Shown in pieces: positions 23,806 to 36,267 of a stretch of 64,000 nucleotides of DNA. Made by a program: the position numbers and the translations under genes. The DNA lies in the NCBI GenBank assembly GCA_965603825.1, contig CBFDEM010000028.1:558001-622000 (forward strand), read 5' to 3'. The stretch comes from Blepharisma stoltei ATCC 30299. Its lineage: Eukaryota > Protista > Ciliophora. The notes under the pieces were generated by a model. That model ran no database searches. It saw only the letters and a program-made list of their open reading frames with translations, and had not been told where the DNA came from. The first letter of the stretch is position 1; each line of letters starts with the position of its first letter.

Positions 23806-23952
23806 GATATTATAAATGTCACTGAAAGATCAGCTATTTATCTTTGTTTTAATGATAAATTAAGTGACTGTGAATAAAATATATTTAAAAGCCTCACTTA
23901 TGAAGCCTAAGATATGACTGAGAAAATATGGAAAAGCTTAAATATTTATAAG

Positions 23953-24660
23953 ATGGATAAAAATCAAAATATGGAAGCAGAAGACTATCATTTTCGCTTT
24001 AAAATCGTTCTAGTTGGCGACAACGGTGTCGGCAAAACCACCCTTCTCGATGGTAACCTCCATTTAGCCCTCACCCAAACATATGGCCGAGTTTTAGAAA
24101 ACGAGGTCGTCGAAGAAATGCATTTCAAATCCGTCATTTTTGTCGATGAAACTACCTTTTATCGCTTAAACTACTGAGACTTGCCTGGCAGTGAGCGCTA
24201 TCTCCCTGTCACAAGTCGCTACTGTGCTGGCTCTACAGCAGCTTTATTTGTTTTTGACCGTATTTTCTAAGCAGTTACTAAACGAGCTTCATTTGACCGA
24301 ATTGAAAGATGGATCAAGGAATGCGAAAAAGTGGAAATTCTTACCAAAGTTTTACTAGGGAATAAATTTGACATTGCCACAAAAAACAATATCAATGTAG
24401 TCAGCAAAACTGAAGCAATGAGCCTTGCAAGAAAGTATGGGATGGAGTATTTCGAGATAAGCGCTTTGGATGAAAATAATTTAGCACATATTTTTGAGCA
24501 TGTTTTCAATAGCATCGTGGCGAATATTCCTAACCCGCCTGACCCAGGGATGCTGCTGGGAAAATCAATTTCTTTGGGGAGAAGGCTGACTAATAACCCT
24601 AAATTCAAAACGGTAAAAGTTATGCAGGCACTTTTTGATACGGACTCAAGATATGATTAA
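23953..24660 (+). CDS. Atypical Rab-like small GTPase (2-3 tiny introns, no C-terminal Cys)
   Basis: FKIVLVGDNGVGKT, Y[W]DLPGSERY (TGA 24175-24177), GNKFD and EISA. Introns at 24053-24067, 24260-24274 and 24613-24627. Confidence 0.85.
24053..24067 (+). other. Probable 15-nt intron (no stop if retained)
   Basis: GTAACCTCCATTTAG, A10; not required to keep the frame. Confidence 0.65.
24260..24274 (+). other. 15-nt intron
   Basis: GTATTTTCTAAGCAG; contains an in-frame TAA; removal gives FVFDLTKRASF. Confidence 0.9.
24613..24627 (+). other. Probable 15-nt intron (no stop if retained)
   Basis: GTAAAAGTTATGCAG, A10; not required to keep the frame. Confidence 0.55.
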
Positions 24661-24705
24661 CTAAGAATTAGCTAAATCTATAATTTTTTAAACAAGTAGC
24701 GAGGA

Positions 24706-25086
24706 CTAGCCTTTATCTTCTTGATGAGTCAGGACAAAATAAAGGCACCCGTCTTCATCAGCACACCGTTGATGCAGCTCAGAGATCTTTGCATTGAGCA
24801 TTGGCAGAGTGTCACAAAGGTAAAGATAAACACCTTGTTTTGAAGAAAGCTTGAAATATCTCCGAACTGTATAGAGATAAGTGCCCATTGTCATTGAGCC
24901 TTCTAGCGCGAACCTGAATATGAATTACTTGTGAAGAGGAATATTGTATTTGCAATTATTCCCTTTTAATAAAACAGCTGGATACTTGCCTGGGTTATCT
25001 TGCATCATTTTGTCATATGAGGCTTTGCGGACTTGAAATGGGATTGATTCTTTGTATTTTTTGATTTCGTTGCGATCTAAAGACAT
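24706..25086 (-). CDS. ATG8: Divergent ATG8-family ubiquitin-like protein
   Basis: ATG 25086: YKESIPFQVRK...NPGKYPAVL...HK/FAL..SMTMGTYLYTVRR...DEDGCLY...QEDKG*. Intron at 24914-24928. Confidence 0.85.
24914..24928 (-). other. 15-nt intron (ATG8-like)
   Basis: GTAATTCATATTCAG on the minus strand; phase 2, creates TAA if retained, A10. Confidence 0.9.
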
Positions 25087-25282
25087 TTTTACAATCAGAA
25101 TAGTATAGGGCTACAAAAACACTTAATTTATTATTGAATTTATTTTCTAAATATTATTCTTCAAAATAAATAATAATAAATATCCACTAAAAATAATCAT
25201 GAAAATTATTAGCACTTAATTGATCCATTCTTCTATTAAATTTCGAATATTAGATTGATAGAAAATTCTATATGAATTTAAT

Positions 25283-25678
25283 ATGAATAAACCTGATAAA
25301 GAGAAAAAGTACGCTAAAAGATCTTTTACTATAAAACAAAAACAAAAGTGCTGGTCTAAAGCAAGAATGGTTGAAGGGAGGCATCCAGACCGATGGCGAT
25401 ATGATCCACTTGGCAATTTAGTCTGCAATGCTCTTAGAGGCTGCTTAGGTCCTCTATGTCATGAGTATGACCACATTTATCCTTATTCGCGAGGTGGCAA
25501 AACCTCGTCAAAAAATTGCCAAATCCTACAAACTAGAGTAAATAGATATAAAAGCAATCTCATCATGACTGAGGAAGAGCTTTCGTCTGCCAATTTTAAC
25601 ATGAAATTTTCAGAAGACGATCTTGATACAATTGAGAAAGCTGTTTACGGGGATATACAAAAAGTATTTGAGTTTTAA
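25283..25678 (+). CDS. Stand-alone HNH endonuclease-domain protein
   Basis: CWSKA...GRHPDRWRYD.LGN, EYDHIYPYSRGG, NCQILQTRVNRYKS. Confidence 0.88.
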   Translation: MNKPDKEKKYAKRSFTIKQKQKCWSKARMVEGRHPDRWRYDPLGNLVCNALRGCLGPLCHEYDHIYPYSRGGKTSSKNCQILQTRVNRYKSNLIMTEEELSSANFNMKFSEDDLDTIEKAVYGDIQKVFEF

Positions 25679-25942
25679 TAATTATAAAAAACCAGCTCCG
25701 TATTCGTAATTCCAATATATTTATTTCATGTTATTTACTGTATTTTTTCTATTTATGAGCTTATAATTTGTTTAAAGGCTATTAAGTTAATGATCAATAA
25801 AAGACCGATATTTATTTAAATAAAATTTTCTCTAAATTGATTGCACAAGCACTTATATAATAGTTAAATAAATTCTAAGCCTTCCCATTCAATGTTTAAT
25901 TAATTTAATGTCGTTAATCCATTTTTAAATTAAATCATATAA

Positions 25943-26950
25943 ATGTTCTCTAGGATCTCCAGGAATTTTTCATCAAGAAAATTCTTCATAACTGGAGCCT
26001 CAGGACAGATAGGAAAGAAGCTCATCCCTTATCTATTTACCAGATATGGGCCTAACTGTGTCGTAGTCTCAGACGTTAACCAAACAAAATTCGATGTAGA
26101 GTCACAACCACCCTTTATTCCTCTTGATGTGGTCAATAAAGAAGCATTCATCAAAGCTGTCGAAACCAGTGAGGCAACTGATATTTTGCATTTGGCAGCT
26201 TATTTATCTGCAAAAGCTGAGCTGCAGCTTCAAAAATCCATAGATGTAAATATTCTAGGTCTAAATAATGCTTTAGAAGCTGCAAGAATTAACAATACAG
26301 CAATTTATGTCCCTAGCTCAATCGCTGTATTTGGACCTACTTCTCCAAGAGTGAGGACTCCTGATGACTGTGTAGTCCAGCCTACAACGGCATATGGGAT
26401 CTCAAAAGTGTACATGGAGCTGATGGGGAATTATTATCATAAGAAATTTGGGGTGAATTTCAGGTCTTTAAGATACCCAGGAGCTATATCTTCAGACCCT
26501 CCTGGTGGTGGCACAACTGATTATGCAGTCGAAATCTATTTTGAACTATTAAAAAATCAAAAATACGAATGTTTTCTATCAAAAGGCACCGAGCTCCCTA
26601 TGATGTATATTGATGACCTTATTGAAGGAACAGTGAGATCTATTTAGTGCGATTTATTAGACGCCCCTGAAGAGACCTTAACTAGAAGAGTATATAATCT
26701 TGGTGCAATCAGCTTTACCCCTGAACAGTTAGCATCGTGTATATTAAAGTATATTCCAGGAACTGTGACTTATAAGTCAGACCACCGTCAAGCATATGCT
26801 GATTCCTGGCCTATGAGCATTGATGACTCTCTTGCTAGAAGAGATTGGAATTGGAAACACAAATTTGATATGGATATAATGACGCGAACTATGATTAAGC
26901 TGATCTGCATGCAGATGGGCAAGCCAAATCCAATTAAAAATGATGCATAG
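25943..26950 (+). CDS. TDH: Mitochondrial L-threonine 3-dehydrogenase (extended SDR)
   Basis: ITGASGQIG, HLAAYLSA, PTTAYGISK, PGGGTTDYAV and RQAYADSWP; N-terminal presequence; intron 26633-26647. Confidence 0.92.
26633..26647 (+). other. 15-nt intron (TDH)
   Basis: GTGAGATCTATTTAG; in-frame TAG, A10. Confidence 0.92.
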
Positions 26951-27391
26951 AGATAATAACGCCATTAAATATTAATATTTAAGTATGGTGATGTGATCTG
27001 TGTTTAAAGAAACGATTAAATAATTTACTCTTTTGAGGAAAATTAAATGATTAAAATTCAGAATAATTGCCAAAATAAATTATCTAAATAAGCATCTATT
27101 AAGAAAGTCTCAATTAATTGTCATTTTGGTTTTAACCTAAGATTAAATTCAAAATTTCCAGAATGCAGATACACTTTGTCTTATCTTACTTGAATATCAC
27201 GAAATAAAATATTTAACCTTTGTAAAATCTCAGATTCCACTAATTATAATCACTATAAGAACTTGCCCAAAAAGTATCATAAATATTAATCTAAAACTGC
27301 TTGATATTGATTTCTTGTTGAAATTATATTTATAGCATATAATGTTACTCTTGCTGATTATTCCCAAATTTACTTTATAATCCCATATTAA

Positions 27392-28933
27392 ATGACAGAC
27401 TATGAACAAATTCAAAAAGCTTGCCGACTTGGAGATTGCGAGCTCCTCACAAAGATCCTCACCAAATCTCCAGAATTAATCAACGAGCTTGACGACAAGC
27501 TAGGCTGGCCTCCTCTCTACCGCACTGTAATCTGTGGTCACTATGATGCTACCATTTGCTTATTGAAATTAGGCGCAGATTCCAACATAAAGAGCCGAGC
27601 AGGCGACACGCCCCTCCACCAAGCCGCCAGCAATAATCAAATAAAAATTGCTCAAATTCTGCTAAAATACAAAGCAGACCCCAATGCCCAACAAGATGAC
27701 GGGGATACTCCATTGCATTATGCATCCTTAAAAGGACATATCAACATGGTTCGGCTTTTATTAAAGCACCAAGCCAACCCAAACACTTTTAATTTCTCAA
27801 TGGGGAAAACAGCTCTTCACTGTGGGGCTGAAAGTGGGGTTCTTTCAGTGGTCCAAGCTTTATTAAGCTATAACGCATCCTCGACTATTATGGATTTCTC
27901 AAGTAAACTACCCTCTGCTTATACAAGTAATGAAGAAATCATCAGGCTTTTAAATGACCCTCTACAAGATTTGCCTGATTTAAATTATTCAGATAATGAA
28001 GGGAACTCTCTAATTGAAATAGTTCAGGTAGAAGAGGTAAAAAAGGAAGAAAATAGCTCGCCAGAACCACAAGAGAACCCAAGCCCTGCTGATAAAATGC
28101 TGTACCCTCAAAGGGAGACTTTTTCTTTAGAGCCTATAGAAGAAATCAGAGTTTGCACTCTACAAGACATTGATTCCCCTCCATTTGCCAAAGACACCCC
28201 TGTCTTTGAAGAAGGCAACATATCTAGGCCTGAATCAGTGCTTGAGCCTGAATGTGAAAGATCAAGTACAATTAGTGGAATCCACGTAAACCAGTCAGCA
28301 AGAAATTTTTCCTTTGGAAAAGATATGAGTAAAAATTCGCTTTTCCGATGACTTTCTAATGCGAGGCTGGAATTTCTGTTTGGGCCGCTGTTTCATAGTG
28401 GGTATGATGATTTAGATTTTTTGGTGGAACAGATGAAATCAAATGACCCAATAACGACTGAGATGTTGAGGAGTATTGGGATAAATAAGCCAGGACATAG
28501 GACAATTCTGTTAGCATTGCTTGAAGAAGAGTCTAACCCTAAACGACGAAAATCTGTGACAGCAGCTTCTTCGTCGTCAGCTTTTGGGTGTTGTGCAGCT
28601 CCGAATTTTAACCCAGGAATCAATGTGTATCCAAGCCTTGATATATGGCTTGAATCTATCAATTTGTCACAGCTTCTCAAGAAATTCCATGACAGCGGAT
28701 ATGACGACATTGACCACTTAATGCTTCTGATGTCTTCCAATTATCCTATTACAGACGAAACGCTAAAAAATGATATAAAAATCGATAAGCTAGGACATAG
28801 GCATAGAATTCTTGCCAAGCTAAAGCAAGACTCTAATATAAAAGCCCCACATAAGAGAAATGTGTCAAATTATGAATTAAGTATTGAAAAAGAGACCAGG
28901 TCAGTCGCCTGTGAAAGGTGTAATATCATGTAA
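27392..28933 (+). CDS. Ankyrin-repeat plus tandem SAM domain protein with C-terminal CaaX (CNIM)
   Basis: GDTPLH and GKTALH ankyrin repeats. TGA 28349-28351 is the SAM Trp (SLFR[W]L). Two SAMs end in PGHR and LGHRHRIL. Confidence 0.9.
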
Positions 28934-28964
28934 AGATTAATAGGATTATAATAATTAATATTTA

Positions 28965-29552
28965 ATGAGCAGCCAACCACGTGGTATAGTAGAAGTTCTA
29001 GCAAATGTCAGACAGCAGCTAGAAAAGAGAGGAGGCAGAACAGTCCGTGCCTTAGGACGCACCTTTAGAGCTCTTGACTCCTTTGATGGGAACAAAAAAG
29101 TAGACCCTCAAGAGTTTTCAGTCGGTTTAAGAGAAAATGGAGTCAATCTTAATCCTCAAGAGTTGCAAATCCTATTTCAATACTTTGACAAAGACGGAGA
29201 CGGAACAATCAGCTTTGATGAGTTCTTAGTCGGTATCAGAGGAAGACCTAGTGCAAGAAGACAAGCCCTCGTTGACAAAGCCTTCTTAAAATTCGATCGA
29301 GATGGAAACGGTTACATTGATGCTAATGATTTGAGAGGAGTCTACAACTGTCGGTACCACCCTAAAGTACAGAGAGGACAGATGACAGAGGATCAAGCAT
29401 TTGCAGAATTCTTGAGCAGCTTTAACGATAGAAACAGAGATGGAAGAATCACGAAAGATGAGTGGGATGAATATTATGCAGCTGTCAGCTCATCTATTGA
29501 CAATGATGACCACTTTGTCCAGCTGATGAAAATGGCGTGGAAACTTGACTAA
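28965..29552 (+). CDS. CAPS: Calcyphosin-like EF-hand protein
   Basis: Four EF-hand-like loops, HPKVQRG and YYAAVSSSIDNDDHF..MMKMAW-type calcyphosin C-terminus. Confidence 0.9.
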   Translation: MSSQPRGIVEVLANVRQQLEKRGGRTVRALGRTFRALDSFDGNKKVDPQEFSVGLRENGVNLNPQELQILFQYFDKDGDGTISFDEFLVGIRGRPSARRQALVDKAFLKFDRDGNGYIDANDLRGVYNCRYHPKVQRGQMTEDQAFAEFLSSFNDRNRDGRITKDEWDEYYAAVSSSIDNDDHFVQLMKMAWKLD

Positions 29553-29737
29553 AGGGTTAAATTAATTGAGAATTAAATGAGAATTTTGGAGTTTTTAAGG
29601 ATAAGAAATTTAATCGAGAATTAATAATTTTGATAATATTTTTGACTTAAGGAAAGAAGGAGATTATTTTAAGGCAAATTGCTCTGAATTTCATTAAAAT
29701 ATTAATATTATACTGATAACAAAATTTAGAAATTTAT

Positions 29738-30556
29738 ATGAAAACCAGAAGAATATCCGACATTGAAAACAAATTAAATGAGTCTTTTAAAAGCTCTGAA
29801 AGCAGTTGAAGTGAAAGTCAAGATATTTCAAGCGGAGGGTCAGACAGTGGAGAACTCTCAAATCTCAAAATGAGTGAGCCTATAAACTTAGACCATTTTC
29901 AGGAAAACAAAAAACAGCTTGAAATTTCAGTTCTTGAGTCAGATATTGATATTGAAGACCCAATAGCTGAGGATAGCTCACATATATACAAGTCTACAAT
30001 AAAAACATTGCTACAAAATGATACTGAAAAATCAATATCATTAGATACAGTTGAAAAAATTAAAAGAGAAAACAGGTCATTAAGTAAATCTATTGGAGCA
30101 AAAATCAGAGAGCTCAAACGTGCTGGCTCAGGCAATGCTAAGAAAAACGTCAGAAAAATATCTGAAATTTTGAATTACAAAAATAGCATTGCCAGTCTTA
30201 ATAAAAATATTAACCAAATCGTGGATGAAGCAATATTAACAAAGGAAAGACTCGCAAACATGAAAATGGCTTTTGACATTGCTTTAATGAAAAATGCCAC
30301 ACAAAATAAAATATCTAAGCAGGAGCTTGAAGATTCAATAGAAAGCAACGACACTTGGAAAGCTGCAGATTTAATGAAAGACCTGCAACGTTCAGTTGTT
30401 GTAAATACAGGCAACACCAATTTTACGTCTATTAATTTAATCGAAAAAGAGAAAAACTTGAAAGACTCTGAGAGCCAAACCAACCTTGAAATTCCGCTTC
30501 CAGTTTTTGAGAGTGAAGGAAGAATAAGCTGCTGCTACAAATGCCCAATTATGTAG
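29738..30556 (+). CDS. Uncharacterized coiled-coil protein ending in CCxxCPIM (CaaX)
   Basis: Upstream ATG 29738 is in frame through one TGA; ends ISCCYKCPIM*. Confidence 0.65.
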
Positions 30557-30631
30557 TTCCATTGTTAAAAGAATTAAAAATTCTTTTTATTCACTTAAAT
30601 AATTTTTTAAAAGCCAAGATTAGCTTTATTA

Positions 30632-31021
30632 TTAACCCTGGTACATTTCAGGGTATCTTTTTCTATACTTTATGATGTCCATTGCAACGTCAAAGTTTCT
30701 CAGGGAGAGCATGCCGAATATAGGAATAGCAATTAGCATCACAGGGTTCATTGGATACTTGAAGAAAGCGTGTCTTCTGAGATAGAGAGTGTATGAGAAG
30801 GTTGCTGCAAACCCAACATAACCAATTGAGGAAACTAAGGCTAGTTTGAAATGGTTTTGGCCTGGGTATTTTCTATCGTGATACATTCTATCATAAAGCT
30901 CTTTCCATTCATCGTCAGGCATTTTCATATATTTTTTCACTCTGTCTTCGAGTTCTTCGTATGCGCCTCTCTCGTCTCTGTTCTCAGGGCCGACTAAGTT
31001 AGATCCTCTTGTAAACACCAT
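30632..31021 (-). CDS. Uncharacterized small two-TM protein
   Basis: 129-aa ORF with GC-richer codon usage like the ribosomal protein genes; two hydrophobic segments. Confidence 0.7.
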   Translation of the reverse strand: MVFTRGSNLVGPENRDERGAYEELEDRVKKYMKMPDDEWKELYDRMYHDRKYPGQNHFKLALVSSIGYVGFAATFSYTLYLRRHAFFKYPMNPVMLIAIPIFGMLSLRNFDVAMDIIKYRKRYPEMYQG

Positions 31022-31455
31022 TTATTAATCCTTAAAGAATGATTTGGAAAGATTATTCTTAAATTATTCTTATTGGCTACCAATTATTATATCTTTAACC
31101 AAATTGCTTACAATAGAGAAATGAGAGAAGATAAAAAGAGTTAAATAAAGGATAACAGCATTGTACGGAAAATATATTTAATTTTTCAATTTTTTAAGAT
31201 GATTTTTAAACTAAAAATGTTTCTAGATTTATCATCTAAATAAATTTTCAATTTTTATAATAAATTCCTCACTATTCTATATCTGCCTACTCCACTAATA
31301 ATAATTATCTTTATTTTTTTTCAATATATTCTATATCTTTTTATACTGTTTTTATTCCCCTTAAAAACTATTTCCCCTTAGCTCTCTTTATAAATACAGT
31401 CTATTCTCAAAACGTTTCAACAAACTTAAAATATGAACGAATAATTAAATTTGAA

Positions 31456-34400
31456 ATGCAAACTATGAAAGCTGAAAATAAGCACTCATTCTCCTATGTT
31501 GATCGCCCACTACCTCTTATTACAATCAACAACGATACTCGAGAATTCATAATAGATCCAGACGCAATTGACTTTTTAAAAAGCTTAGACAGCCCTATCT
31601 GTGTTATTTCCGTAGCAGGAATGTACCGCACTGGCAAATCATATTTACTTAACAGAGTTCTTCTGAACAGAAAGCGTGGGTTTGGGGTAGGACCAACCAT
31701 AAATCCATGCACGCGTGGCTTATGGGTTTGGGGAACTCCTATCCCAGGAACAACAAAAGATGGCAAGCCCTGCACAATTGTCATAATTGACTCAGAAGGC
31801 ATAGGCTCTATTGAAGAAGACTCCAACCATGACACTCGTATTTTCTCCCTTGCCATTCTTTTAAGCTCTTATTTCATTTACAACTCCATTGGCTCAATTG
31901 ATGAAAACGCCATTCAAAACTTAAGCTTGGTCGTCAATATAACTAAACAAATCCACATCAGAAGTTCTCAAGCCCAAGGCGAAATCCTTGACTCTGAAGC
32001 CTATGCGAAATATTTCCCTTCTTTTCTATGAGTTGTAAGAGATTTTACATTGAGACTAATTGACTCAGAAGGCAGACCAATTTCTTCTAGGGAGTATTTA
32101 GAAAATGCCCTGAAGCTACAAAAAGGGATTTCGGATATGATTGAAGAAAAAAATAGGATAAGGAAACTATTGACGCATTTTTTTAGAGATATTGATTGTG
32201 CAACACTAGTGAGGCCAACAGAGAGGGAGGAGGATCTGCAGAGGCTTGATGATATGAACCCTGATCAGCTTAGACCAGAATTTGTTGAACAAATTTCTGA
32301 GCTGAGGAATAAGGTTTTTGCCAAAGTAAAGCCAAAAATGCTGAATGGGAAACAGCTGTCTGGAGAAATGCTGCTGGTGTTTATGCAGTCTTATATAGAT
32401 TCAATGAATTCTGGATGTGTGCCGAATATTGAGAATGCGTGGAATTATATATGCAAGGCGCAGAATAAAAGGGCGTTTGAAGATGCTGCACAGACTTATG
32501 AAAGAATTTTGGGTAGTGCCAGCAGGAAGTTGCCAGTTATGGAAGAGCAGATTAAGGCGCTGCATAAAGAAGGAAAAAGTGCTGCTGTGGATCATTATCA
32601 TAAGCAATGTGTAGGCGATGAAAAGACGAGAAGTCTTAATGAATTGACTGATTATATAGCAAAAAGATATATGGCTATTAAAAGTGAAAATGCGAATCAG
32701 GCCAAAAAAGAAGCTGTGGCGTTTTTAAAGGAAAAATATATAGAAATTGAAACCAAGATAAAAAGTGGAGAAATTAATAATTTTTCTGAATTTGACAAAG
32801 CCATCAAAGAGCTTGAAAATCAATACTCAGAACAATGTCCCCAAGGCCCAGGATCCAAAGAATGTTTTTTAGAATTCTGCAAAGATAAATACGCCAAAGC
32901 TACAGAAAAATTCATAAAACAAGTCACAAACTCTATGGAAATACAGCAAACAGTATCCACAGAAAAAATCACAAATTTAGAAAACGACCTCAGAAGCGTT
33001 AAAGATCAGCTTATTAATGAAAAATCAGAATCCCAAAAAGCCACTTGTGTATTATTAACAGAAAAATCAGAACTTTTAGTCAAAGAAAAAAGTTTAAGAG
33101 AACAAGTTTATGGATTAATTTATGAAAAAGAAAGAATGGAAAATGAGCTAAAAGAATTACGGTCGAATTTAAGGTCAGTCACACAAAAAGAAGAAGAAAA
33201 AACAAAAGCAAAAATTGCAGAAATCAGTGATTTATTAAGAGAGCATGATAAGGAGCATGAAAGAAAAGAATCAGAATACGAAGAAGAAAAAGCCATTTTT
33301 GAACAAAAAATAAAATTTTTAGAAAATGCTGTAGAGGATTATAAACAAAAAGACAAAAGCTCATCTGAAAAATTTAAGGAAACTAGAAACGACCATTTGC
33401 AAGCTATTAAGTCTTTGCAGTCTAAATATGAGGCACAAAGTAACGCTCTGCAAGAAAAACTCGACGAAAAAACCAAAGAAGTCGTTGAATTAGAGTCAGA
33501 AATCGAAGTAAAGGAAGGAATAATTGAAGAACTCCAATTTAAGCTACAAGACGACAGTTTGAGGCAAAAACAAAATTCAGATCTCCAACCCAAGCTTGAA
33601 GCCCTCACAAAAGAAATGAAAAATAAAGAAGACTCTTATATAAAGCTGATCGAAAATATAAAAAAAGAAAGCAATGATACTATTATGAAGCTTCGAGCAA
33701 GACTTGACGAATCAGAAAAAAAATTAAAAGCTTTTGAAGACTCACAAAGAAATGATATGACCCAGTGGGCTCAGGATAACGCCATTTTAGTGCAGAAAAT
33801 TGAATTTTTAGAGCAGGAAATAGAAGAATATAAATTAAAAATCGAGGAATCCCATAGGCATCATGAAGTCATGATATCTGCATTAGAAACTCTAAAAGGC
33901 CCACAAGTAGATTCAGAAGCAAGCATACAGAAAATAAGGGCAGAACAATCTGAAGAAATATCCCGGATCCAGAAAGACTATGAAGTCCAAAAATCAAAAT
34001 TATTATCAAGAATTGAAGATTTATTAGATACCAAAAGTGGGCTAGAAACCAAAATGAAAATGGAAAAAAATGAATGGCTGCACAAAGAAAAGCAACTAAA
34101 TGAGCAGCTTGAAGAAGCAATTTCAGAAAAAAATAGGCTGCAAAAAGAATTGTCAGCAAAAATTACTATTGAGGAACCGCGCAGTGGAGCAAGTTTAATT
34201 GATTATGAAAGAGAAATAGAAGAATTAAGAAAAACACATACAGACGAAATTGACGAAATTAAGTCACAAAATGAATACGCTCTACTTCAATTAAAAACTT
34301 TTTATGACCAAGAAAAAAATAGGCTAGAGCAAAGAATTCAGCAAGAAAAATCTAAAGCGGCAAGGCAAATTGAAGAAATTACTGAAGACTGTGAGAAAAG

Positions 34401-36237
34401 AATAGAGCATGAAATTGCGATCCGTGATGAAGAAATTGATGCTTTTCAAGAAGAATTTAAAGAGTTTGAGATTTCTTATAATGCTGAAATCATGAAATTA
34501 AATGAAAGAATTGAGCTTGATGCTCAGAAATATGAAAGCTTGGAAAAATATGCCGCAAATTTGAAGCAACAACTAAGTGATAGCCATTCTGCTCATAGCT
34601 CGTCGTTAGAAACTAATTTAGACAGTTTTAACAAGCAAAAAGCAATTTTACAAGAAAAAATCGACAAAATTGCAGCTGAAAATTCTGAAAAGGAAAGAGA
34701 ACTTCTTGCATTCAGAAATGAAAAAGATAAATATGAAAATCTTTATGAGTCGAAATCTAAAGATTTCGACGATTTATATGAAAAATATAATAAAGAAAAA
34801 AAAGAATTGATAGAACAAATTTCGACTCTTAAGGAGAAATTTGAAGCCCTTCAAAACGAATCTTCAAAACAGTCCTCAAAATCTAAGCGAGAACTTGCCC
34901 TAGCTAACAACGAAATAAGTTTACTTCACAGCAAAATTTCAGAGCTTGAAGAGTCTCTTCAAGAATCTGAAAAGCAGCATAAAGAAAACATAGAAAATCT
35001 AAAAGAAGAAACAAATTCTCTTATTCAGTCAACCACTCAGAGGCTTTCTAAGGATAATGAAAATTTACAAAAAAAATTCGACGAGAAGAAAAGAGCGTTT
35101 AAACAGCTTTCTTCAAGCAGCACTAAACAAATTGCGCTTTATGAAAAAGAAATTGCGGTTTTAGAAGAAAAACTACAGCATTCAGACAGAAAGCGAGCAG
35201 AAATTGAAAAATACTATCAAGACTCCCTTATGACTGTAAAAGCGCATTCTCAAAGCCCAGAAAAGGTGTCTCCTGTATTCCAAGCTACAAATCCAGAGGT
35301 GGAGTCCTTAAGAATGCAAATTTCTAAACTAGACCGCGAGCTCCAAGCAAGACAAACTGCATATGACCGTGACAAAAGCTTGTGGGAAAATAAATTCAAC
35401 TTTTTGCTACAGCAAAGGGATCATGCAAGAAAAGAGTTGGCTGCTGCACAAGATAAATTCGATTTGATTGTAGACGAATTGAAGAAGAAAAGTGCAGCGG
35501 AAAGAGAAAAATTAGAAAGCAGCACTACTAATTTGCTTTCCACAATGGAGTCAAAATATAGCTCACAAGCTGTAGAGCTACAAAATCGGTATGAGCAGAC
35601 TATTAAAGATATGAGAGACAAAAACAGAGAAAGCGAAAGAAAACTACAAGAAATGATAGAAGAGCTTGAAAACGAAAAACGGGAAAGGTCATGCACTGTA
35701 GTTTCCTTTGAAAGAAAACTCCAGCAATCGCAAGATACAATTAAAAAACTTAAACAAGACATGGACCAAGAACGATTTATGAAAGAAAATTCAATTAACG
35801 GAGCATTGGAAAAAATTGCAAAAGAAAAAGAAGATTGGAAACAAAAAGCGAAAGAACTCGAAAAGAAATGCAAAGAACTAGAAAATCAAAAAGCCCAACA
35901 ATTCATACAGCATGAAAAAGAAAGAGCTAAATGGGGTCTCGAAAAAGACTCTATCATGTCAAAATATGGAGAAACCCAACAAGAGCTGTCACATGCAATT
36001 AAACGGCAAGAAAGCTTGAAAAAAGAAAACGAAAAACTTAGAACTCCAAGGCCCAAAACTTTGATTTCTAAGAGAACAATGGATGGGCTGAGCACAAATA
36101 CATCTTACGAAGACTTTCAAAAATTCGCCTCTATGAGCGGAAGATCAACACCTACAAATTCCAATAGAGATACATCACCAAGGCCGAAACTGACAAGAAC
36201 TGGGTCATTTTCAAGAGCATTGTCAGAGTCTAGATAA
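31456..36237 (+). CDS. Guanylate-binding protein (GBP/atlastin-type GTPase) with a very long coiled-coil tail, about 1593 aa
   Basis: AGMYRTGKSYLLN (G1), CTRGLWVW, DSEG and FPSFL[W]VVRDF (TGA 32029-32031). Confidence 0.93.
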
Positions 36238-36267
36238 TTCATAAATTATTTATTAAAATATTTTTAA

